18,359 bases of DNA from Zygophlyctis sp. KS116 (lineage: Eukaryota > Fungi > Chytridiomycota), in assembly GCA_054661495.1 (NCBI GenBank), contig BAAFSQ010000196.1, positions 1 through 18,359 of the forward strand, read 5' to 3'. This document shows positions 10,609 through 18,359 of this stretch, in pieces; positions within the stretch are counted from its first letter, which is position 1; the number at the start of each line of letters is the position of its first letter. The notes beneath the pieces are model-generated. The model made no database searches. It was not told where the DNA came from and saw only the letters and a program-made list of their open reading frames with translations. The position numbers and the translations under genes were made by a program.

Positions 10609-12596
10609 ATGTCCAAAGTCATTTACCAGATCTCTAAATTGCTTATTGATGATGATGCAAATACAGATGATGCAGATGATACAGATGATCGGGAATCATC
10701 AGATAACGAATCATGCTTTAGTCAATCACAATCAATCAGAGATATTGAGAATGATGATGATTCAAATAGCACCGAAGAAGAAGATTCTTTTGAGGAGGAA
10801 AATACAAACTACGAGGCCATTAATGAATCAAGGTTCATGTCGCCGATTAGATCATCATTGTTTACTGGGGGCGATTTGACGATTCGATTCTTAAAAGAGA
10901 ATGAAATCGGTATATTAATAACCGCCTTATTATAGCGTCGCCGCCTTTGATTATTGCATCGAAACTTAAATTCAAGGCTGCAAGAGCTCCAAAAGTTGTC
11001 CAGAATATGTTGAAAAGAATGGGATTTGATCTGGTAAAAACAAAAGGATGGTTTGGTAATTAATGATTTGAAAATATCTTATTACTCAGGATATTGGGGG
11101 AAACACTTGTCTGTAGAAAAATTTAAGAATATTAAACCATTTCAGAAAATCAATCATTTTCCAATGTCATTTGAAATTGGAAGAAAGGACAAAATGTACT
11201 GCAATTGGGAAAAAATGAAGACGATTATGTCAAGAGAGGAGAAATCTCAATTAGATTATTGTCCAGAAACTTTTATTCTTCCAAGAGATCGTGCTAGAGC
11301 CAAAAGAGAATTTTCTAAATACCCATTATGGTAATATACTTACTATTAAATTATTATAGGATTTTAAAACCTCCTGCTTCAGCAAGAGGATTGGGAATAA
11401 AGGTAATTTCAGACTGGTCAACTATACCCAAGAAAAAATCTCTTATTCTTTCAAGATATATCAATAATCCTCTAATAATTGATAAAAAAAAGTTTGATCT
11501 GCGTGTATACTGTCTAGTTACAAGTTTTGATCCACTTTGTATTTAGTAAGCCTATAATCGTTTCATAAAAAGCATCTATGAAAATGGGCTAGTTAGATTT
11601 GCAGCTAATTCTTACAGTTCGCTCAAAAAGACTGCAAAAAACAGATTTGTACATCTTACAAATTATTCAATTTCCAAGAAAAAGAATAATCCTACTCAAG
11701 AAGAAGATGCTGATACCGAGGATAAATTTAGTACAAAGACAAGTAAATGGTAAATATTTATTTTTAAAAACTGCAGGGATTTTGAGATGCTTAAAGACTA
11801 TTTTATGATACATGGAATTGATTACGACAACATTTTCTCTCAAATCCGTCAAATTGTCATTAAAAGTATCATTAGCGTCCAAACTTCAAATGCCAATGCC
11901 TTACACTCATTATTAGATAATTCCAAGTGTTGTTATGAACTTTTTGGATTTGATATTCTACTAGACAACAATTTGAAAGCATGGTTAATAGAAGTGAATA
12001 TATCACCATCTCTAAAAACATCATGCAAAGTAGATCAGAAAGTTAAATCAAATTTGATTGTCGATATTTTTAATTTAGTAGGATATACCATGAATGATGC
12101 TACTGCATATCAAAGATACTCTAGGACAAAGTATTTCCTTAATTTTTAAATTTTAGGAACCTAAAAAAGAATACCACATATTCTCTAAGTCAAGAAGAAC
12201 GAAAAAAACACAGAGATATTTTATTGGGGAAAAACATGAATTGTTTAGAAAATATTACTATTGACGATGCAAGAATTCTTCGCGATATAGAAGATGAGGT
12301 AATATTTGATAAAATTTAAAATTATTTAGTATCACCGAAGAGGATCTTTTCTTCGAGTATATCCAGATACTGATGCTAATGAATTTCAAAAGTTTTTTCA
12401 GCTTCAACCATATTATGATCGCCTCGTGTCTCAATGGGTTCTTACATATCCTTTAGAGAAGCGAATTCAAATCCTTAAAAATATACCAAGCATGCATCTA
12501 AGACAAGGAAATGCTAGAGGATCAGCAAGACTTTCAATCGGTAGTAGTAAAAGTTCAGGCAAAATTGGATCCGGCAAATTTGGACTCAAAGTTTAG
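10609..12596 (+). CDS. TTLL4: Tubulin polyglutamylase, TTLL4-like (595 aa). Introns 10910-10935, 11056-11089, 11331-11359, 11546-11572, 11750-11776, 12131-12156, 12299-12329.
   Basis: Motifs QKINHFPMSFEIGRKD, WILKPPASARGLGI, KFDLRVY, GLVRFA, HLTNYSI and YELFGFDILLD...WLIEVNISPSL. Acidic N-terminus. The spliced length is divisible by 3. Confidence 0.9.
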
Positions 12597-12604
12597 AGAA
12601 AAAA

Positions 12605-12958
12605 ATGCAAATACCAATACTCTATCGATCATTTCTCAAAGCAGCTAATGCATGGCCTAGCCAAGTTGAAAGATCAAGCTCATTCAAATCATTCTTAATC
12701 CAAAAAATCAAAACCCGATTTAGATCAGACAAATTGGATTTAGATTTGGCAAATCAGGAACTGGGAAATTTAACAAGACTTTTAAATAACCAATTAGGAG
12801 ATTCTCTATCTTTGGGTCGGTCTTCCCCGATCCGAGCTTTCCTGCCTCCATCAAAGCAATTTGATTTATTAAATAAATCTTCTCAAGAAAGTATGGCTAA
12901 CGGCTATGTATCAGCCATATCATACCTTAAAGCAAAGATTTCAAGTCTGTTTAAATAA
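12605..12958 (+). CDS. CBP6: Cbp6/UQCC2-like mitochondrial complex III assembly factor (117 aa)
   Basis: LYRSFLKAANAWP..R...FKSFL and ELGNLTRLLNN follow the Cbp6/UQCC2 pattern. The protein is small and basic. Confidence 0.65.
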   Translation: MQIPILYRSFLKAANAWPSQVERSSSFKSFLIQKIKTRFRSDKLDLDLANQELGNLTRLLNNQLGDSLSLGRSSPIRAFLPPSKQFDLLNKSSQESMANGYVSAISYLKAKISSLFK

Positions 12959-13249
12959 TCATTTATTAATCGTTTTTTGAATTGCCAAAATCTTTAACTG
13001 ATCTAGGAAATCTAGCTGAGACAATATAAATGTGTCAATGATGTCTATCGTGGAAGAAGGAGAATTAGATTTGATTGTAGTATCCAATTGTTTAGATTCG
13101 CTAGTCCGATCAACTGGTTTATTTTGTAAAGATGCAACAGACTCTAGATCATTCATAACTTCCTCTATTTCCTCAAACTCTTCAAAAGATTCATTTGAAT
13201 ACTCATCAAAATCATTAATTGATTCATATGATTGTGACAACTTCATCAT
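12959..13249 (-). CDS. Hypothetical acidic protein (96 aa)
   Basis: Intact ATG-to-TGA ORF that fills the gap between neighbouring genes. Acidic N-half and an amphipathic C-terminal helix. No family recognised. Confidence 0.5.
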   Translation of the reverse strand: MMKLSQSYESINDFDEYSNESFEEFEEIEEVMNDLESVASLQNKPVDRTSESKQLDTTIKSNSPSSTIDIIDTFILSQLDFLDQLKILAIQKTINK

Positions 13250-13286
13250 TGCGGAAATATTAATTCACAGCATAAATGTAATATAG

Positions 13287-14339
13287 TTAATCAAATATAG
13301 ATTCATTGAGTCTTGGCATTTTCCCCTTTTCTTTAAAAAAGACATTTCCAATTTTAGAAATGAGTCTTTTCCTTGTTTTCAAAAGAGCTAATAAAGAGTC
13401 TGGTATTGGTCTACTTTCACCTAAATTCTTCTTCTTTGCTTTTTTAAATGCAGCTTGTCTTTTAGAGTATGATGATTGTATGGCCTTGTTTAATTCGTCT
13501 AATAATGATGAATATTCTTGATACGCCATCCATTTTTTAGCTAAATTTGATACTTTTGCTTTTCTTTGCGAATTAATTTCAGAGACTGATTCATATTCTG
13601 TGTTTAATGTACCTAATTCTGCTGCAATTTGATCTCCTGAAGACTGATTGCCAAGACTTGAATTTACTAGTGAATTACCAATATTAACTCCCAAAAACCC
13701 CAATTCTTTTCCAATTTTATCTTCAATTTCCATTAAATTCTTTGTACTATCTAAAGGTGGTACATATGCATCATGATCCATTAATGAATCTGGTACAACT
13801 CTTAAAACTGTTTCTGGAACTAAACAAGCCAACAAATTCTCAGCCAATGGTCCTAGAGTCTTACAAGGATAAACTGTATCATTCATTTCTATAAAATCCT
13901 TTTCATTTTGTACATAAATCCCTTGATACAATAACGCATCTTCTTCTGCCCATTTTTGAGAGTAATGTCTTCCTAATTCTGGTGTAAAGAGTCTATGAGG
14001 CCTAGTATCTAATCTAGCAAGATCTGAAACCGTCAATGGTCTAGTCATTTGATCTACAAAATTCCAAAACTGAGAGACTTGAATCTGATGAGATGGAGCC
14101 TTGATCTTTGAGAAATCAGATCCAACAATGAGAGGAGGCGGAGGAATATTAATTGGATCATTGTAATATAAACAAGGCACAGACTGTACAGCTTTACAAT
14201 TAAATTTCCAACCAGCATTAGTAATTTTTAAATTTGAATTTAGAATTTCTAAATATTTCTCAAGTTGATTTAATTCATCCGGCAGCTCTAAAAGATGAGA
14301 ATCTTGTATCAAAATCTCTGGAATTTTAGGAAATTGCAT
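13287..14339 (-). CDS. NGG1: SAGA/ADA histone acetyltransferase module subunit Ada3/Ngg1 (~350 aa, apparently intronless)
   Basis: DFSKIKAP..QI.VSQFWNFV...RPLT..DL, PELGRHYSQKWAEED, GPLAENLLACL, EDKIGKELGFLG, DQIAAEL and MAYQEY...LDEL...I...Y.KR are Ada3 hallmarks. The first ATG is at 14339. Confidence 0.88.
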   Translation of the reverse strand: MQFPKIPEILIQDSHLLELPDELNQLEKYLEILNSNLKITNAGWKFNCKAVQSVPCLYYNDPINIPPPPLIVGSDFSKIKAPSHQIQVSQFWNFVDQMTRPLTVSDLARLDTRPHRLFTPELGRHYSQKWAEEDALLYQGIYVQNEKDFIEMNDTVYPCKTLGPLAENLLACLVPETVLRVVPDSLMDHDAYVPPLDSTKNLMEIEDKIGKELGFLGVNIGNSLVNSSLGNQSSGDQIAAELGTLNTEYESVSEINSQRKAKVSNLAKKWMAYQEYSSLLDELNKAIQSSYSKRQAAFKKAKKKNLGESRPIPDSLLALLKTRKRLISKIGNVFFKEKGKMPRLNESIFD

Positions 14340-14365
14340 GGCCACCCACTCCTATGCATTGGAAA

Positions 14366-14639
14366 ATGGTCAAATTAGATACAGGAGAATGCACAATTAA
14401 TAATCTTCAAATAGCATCAACTATTCTTGGGATGCAAGTCTCGGCGGACATTAAAAGTAATTGTGAATTGGGATATCTCAACGATGTACCGGTCGCTGCA
14501 GTGATTTGGGATTTGGAATATAATATTACACAATTAATAGTATTGCAAGATTATAAAGGATGGGGACTGGGTAATTATTTTATTTTAAATCTTTAAAGAA
14601 GAATTATTGAATAATCATGTTCAATCATTAAAGGGCTAG
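14366..14639 (+). CDS. Short NAA50/Nat5-like GNAT protein (81 aa) lacking the C-terminal half of the fold. Intron 14571-14598.
   Basis: MVKLDTGECTINNL...LGYLNDVPVAAV...ITQLIVLQDYKGWGLEELLNNHV aligns by eye with NAA50 (IELGDVTPHN...LAYFNDIAVGAV...IMTLGCLAPYRRLGIG.KMLNHV). Alternative ATG at 14354. Confidence 0.6.
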
Positions 14640-14646
14640 AGAATAA

Positions 14647-16972
14647 ATGTTTTTATTTTTGAGATTGAGATATTATTCAAGAATTAGGAATGCTGGGATC
14701 ATTGCTCATATAGATGCAGGGAAGACAACACTGACAGAGCGGATGTTGTATTATGCTGGTTATACAAGTAGAATTGGAAGTATTTAGAATTATTAAAGAG
14801 ATTAGATGTAGATGATGGGTCGACAGTGACAGATTGTTTACCGATGGAAAGGAAAAGAGGAATTACAATTTCATCTGCATGCATTCCTCTTGGTTGGAAA
14901 GATTACAAGATTAATTTAATTGATACGCCAGGCCATGTGGATTTTACAATTGAAGTTGAAAGATCAATGAGAGTGTTAGATGGGGCTGTTGTAGTTTTAG
15001 ATGGGGTGGCTGGTGTCGAGGCTCAAACTCAAAATGTATGGGAGCAAGCGAATAGATATTCTGTTTCGCGGATTGCATTCATAAACAAGATGGATAGGGA
15101 TGGATCGAGTTTTTTAAAAACTGTACAAGAAATGGATAAATTAAAAGGCGCTGGGAAAGCAGTCATGATTCAATGGCCGTTAAGTTTAGATGAGTCGGTA
15201 CTTAACACTAGTAGTAAATTTAGGTTTTTATAAGAAATGGGAATGGAGGGTCAGGGTTCAATAGGGTTATAGATCTTATTGATATGACTGTACTTGATTG
15301 GGATCACGATGCTATCAATCAATCTAAAATAAGAAAAACCAAATTTGATGATTTTATAAAGCAAGAAAAGCATTCAAATTTAGATGTTTTAGTGCAAGGT
15401 ATACCTAAAATGTAAAATATAATAATAGTGGTTCGTGAAAAAAGAATTCAATTGATTGAAACACTATCAGAAATGGATGAAGAAATAATTAATACGTTTT
15501 TAGATGTTGATGCAGATCATTTTAAAGTACCTTCAAAAGATATTAGGAATTCTCTGCGAAGATTGACAATTTTGGGAAAATGTGTACCTACGCTTTGTGG
15601 AGCTGCATTTAGAAATATTGGGATTCAGCCATTGATGGATAGTATGGTTGATTTTTTACCATCACCAGAAAATACTCCCATGCCAGAAAATGTGGATTTT
15701 ACTTCAAATAATCTATCTGCTTTAGCATTTAAAGTTCTGGATGATGAAAAAAGAGGGCCATTGGTTTTTGTTCGAGTATATTCAGGTATTTTTTAAATAT
15801 TCTAATCGTTAGGGTCAATAAAGGCTCGATCCATGTTGCGAAATGTGAATCAAAATGTCAAAGAGACTGTAGGAAAATGTTTGCAGATGTATGCAGATGA
15901 ATATGAGGAAATTCCAATGATCGGCTGTGGAAGCATTGCCGCGGTTTCAGGCTTAAAAGTTACACAAACAGGAGATACGCTCTCTAGTTGGAATGATAAA
16001 TCTACTACATCTCTTTATCCATTGTCATTAGCACCTCCTGTCATAAGTAGATCGCTGCAAGCTGAATCACTTGAAGAAGAGAAAAAATTGATGCATGCTT
16101 TGGATATTCTAAAACGAGAGGACCCCTCAATCCGTGTATTTACCGATGAAGAAACTGGACAACTATTGCTTAGTGGTATGGGTGAGCTTCACTTAGAAAT
16201 CTGTACCGAAAAATTAATGAACAGACACAAGGTGAATTTTAGCGTTGGTCCTGTCTCTGTATCATTTCGGCAGTCTATTTTTGTGGATGCTAAAAATCAA
16301 AATGGAATATTTGAAAAAGAAATACTTGGTAAAAATGTCAAAATAGGATTCGAATTTGATTTGTCACCGCTCAATATGATTTCAAATCAAGTTATTCCTG
16401 CCTCATCTACAATCAATAAGGTGGATGTGTTATTAGACAAACAAAGTATATTCATAAAAGATCGGCCACTGAAAGATGTGCAACAGAGTAATATTCCCTC
16501 TCATCTTCCTCCGATAGAAAAAGTCTTGGATGCTGTGCGCATGGGGCTACAAAATAGTTTAGATCGTGGTTCTTCACAACGGCATCCCTTTATCAATACA
16601 CATGTCACCTTGAAAAAAATACACTTACTAGATGGATATCCTTTTAGTGAAGGCCTGCTAAAAATGGCATCCTATAGTTGTCTGAACAGAATTCTTATGT
16701 CAATTGAAAGCGTAGTTCTAGAGCCTGCAATGAACCTTGATATTCAAATACATGATAAGCATTTGAAGGCAGTGTCAAAGGATCTTCTTAATTTTCGGAA
16801 TGGGAATATTCTATCACTGAATGATTCTTCTTCAGAACTGAAAAGACTATCAGCAATCCTACCTGTGTCTGGGCTGGAAGGATATTCGTCCCATTTCAGA
16901 AGTTTAACTAAAGGAGTTGGCACCTTCTCTTATTCTTTCCATGGATTTGCTCCAAAAAACAGTTCTTTATGA
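14647..16972 (+). CDS. MEF2: Mitochondrial EF-G2 / ribosome-releasing factor 2 (738 aa). Introns 14780-14805, 15198-15223, 15399-15428, 15786-15812.
   Basis: Short presequence [11 protein letters not shown], then [57 protein letters not shown] and EDPS...[16 protein letters not shown]. The divergent domain IV fits EF-G2mt better than EF-G1. Confidence 0.88.
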
Positions 16973-17053
16973 AATTATCCATGGTTCAAATAATATTAAA
17001 AATAATAGTTTTTCATTTTTGCATCCTGAACAATGTTACACAAACTCCACATT

Positions 17054-18065
17054 TTAGTGAGAGTGTTCGCTTAACCATTCTTCGACAGTTTCTAGAGCTC
17101 CAAAGCATAAAAACATCCCCAAAAAGAATGATAAACTTGATCGTACTTTTCCTGAATATTTAATTGCCATGGGAATCAATTCACTAATATTAAATCTAAA
17201 AATACTTACTGAATCGATACACACATCATCATTCCTCCGACCATTGCCAAACATCTACTTAAAAGTTCATGACTGAGATAAGGATATAAAAGCGACCCTC
17301 CAATAATAACTCCTGCAGGCTCTGCCAAACCATTTAAAAAAGTCCAAAACAAAACTGAAGAATATGAATTCGTAGCTCCATACAATGGAATTGCGACTGC
17401 CATTCCTTCGGGTATCTAGATATTTAAAAACAACCAGGCATACATTATGCAACATAATCCCAATCGCCAACTGAAGTCCCAATTTAGTATCCGAAAGAGC
17501 CGATAAATAAACACCCAATCCTTCAGGCAAATTATGCAATCCCATTGCTAAAAATGTGATTAAACTTGTTCTCTTCATTTGATCTTTTTCCAAGGATGAT
17601 TTTGATTTTTTCTTTGGTGAAGCCTTTGATGATCGTGTTAGTTTTGGAGATTGTACTTGTTCTCTGATCTCATCAACATCTGAATCATGATCATCAGGAA
17701 CAAAATATTCCAGAAACCCAAATATAACAACACCAGCAAAAAAATAACACCTATAATTCTGAAAAAAAAAACAATAATTACATTGTCTCTCGATGACCCA
17801 GAATTTGTATTGCCTCTGGAACCAAATCAAAACTAGTGATATAAAGCATTACACCTGCTGAGAAAGCCTGTAAAACACCCATCAAAAGCTTTGTATCTAA
17901 TGATTTCGGATCAGAATATAAAGATGTAACTAGAATTACAAGTAATCCACCTAAAAACGTTCCCATTGATGCAATAAATGCCAACCAAAATGCCACAAGA
18001 TGAGCGCCGTCCACAGATTCATCCATTGTCCTCTGCAACCAATCATAAATCCAACTTGACGACAT
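17054..18065 (-). CDS. ZIP family (ZupT/GufA-type) divalent metal transporter (308 aa). Introns 17751-17781, 17416-17443, 17184-17209.
   Basis: AFSAGVMLYITSFDLVPEA, MGLHNLPEGLGV, IMLHNIPEGMAVAIP, GLAEPAG and SIHELIP; multiple TM segments. Confidence 0.92.
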
Positions 18066-18187
18066 ATTTCGGAACTTTACTAATATATTGTGACGTTGCG
18101 TAAATCAAGAAATGTAAATTTTTGCGGCACCAAATTAAAAATTAAAATCAAAATCAAAAAAACTAAAGATCTAGAGATCTATCATTT

Positions 18188-18199
18188 AAAAATGAAAAA
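18188..18199 (-). terminator. RNA polymerase III oligo-T terminator of tRNA-Ala
   Basis: TTTTTCATTTTT immediately follows the discriminator base on the minus strand. Confidence 0.8.
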
Positions 18200-18272
18200 T
18201 GGAGAAAGAGGGCATCGATCCCCCTACCTATTGCATGCAAAGCAATCGCTCTACCATCTGAGCTATTTCCCC
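18200..18272 (-). tRNA. tRNA-Ala(TGC), intronless
   Basis: Reverse complement GGGGAAATAGCTCAGATGGTAGAGCGATTGCTTTGCATGCAATAGGTAGGGGGATCGATGCCCTCTTTCTCCA folds as a cloverleaf, with the G3:U70 Ala identity pair, anticodon TGC and T-loop ATCGATG. Confidence 0.97.
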
Positions 18273-18359
18273 GTAGATGAAATGTTAGAGTCTGCGAAAC
18301 CGAGGTTCTTTATATAATCAAATTTGAACTTTTCAACTTAGTAAAATCACTATTATAAC

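Noticed and set aside
13032-13521. Plus-strand ORFs 13032-13286 and 13306-13521
   Set aside because: Ser/Phe-rich antisense mirrors of the minus-strand genes.
14352-14460. Upstream coding exon for Ada3
   Set aside because: The frame upstream of the candidate intron hits TGA before any ATG, so it could only be UTR.
14366-16972. GNAT-EF-G2 fusion protein
   Set aside because: The two ORFs are in different frames. The only candidate bridging intron (GTTCAA...GCTAG, 21 nt) has a weak donor and leads to a stop. MEF2 has its own presequence.
18090-18317. 75-aa ORF
   Set aside because: It runs antisense over tRNA-Ala and a low-complexity A-rich tract and has a non-ATG start.
1-18359. Alternative genetic code or stop-codon reassignment
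   Set aside because: All internal stops fall inside predicted introns, and TAA, TAG and TGA all serve as terminal stops.

Overview
This window is AT-rich eukaryotic genomic DNA, extremely gene-dense, and read with the standard code. The spliceosomal introns are tiny. I resolved 41 GT..AG introns, all 24-34 nt, and they join the fragmented ORF track into 12 protein genes; there is also one tRNA gene. A zoosporic (chytrid-like) fungus is my inference from gene content, not a proven assignment. Gene order: coiled-coil protein with a tandemly duplicated exon+intron unit (-, runs off the left edge); Cys-rich secreted/GPI-type protein (+); STE7-family MAPKK (-); a ~2008-aa TmcB-like multipass membrane protein with four FixL-type His-containing PAS domains, one degenerate PAS and no catalytic output domain (+); TRM112 (-); TTLL4-like tubulin glutamylase (+); Cbp6/UQCC2 (+); acidic orphan ORF (-); Ada3/Ngg1 (-); truncated NAA50-like GNAT (+); mitochondrial EF-G2 (+); ZIP metal transporter (-); tRNA-Ala(TGC) (-). 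Main leads: (i) a candidate multi-heme O2/gas-sensing receptor lying head-to-head with a MAPKK; (ii) two operon-like same-strand junctions sharing the motif TAG-AGAAWAA(A)-ATG, each ahead of a mitochondrial gene; (iii) a minimal-intron splicing system with a 3-nt microexon, stop-protected 3n introns and an intron that copies nearby exon sequence.
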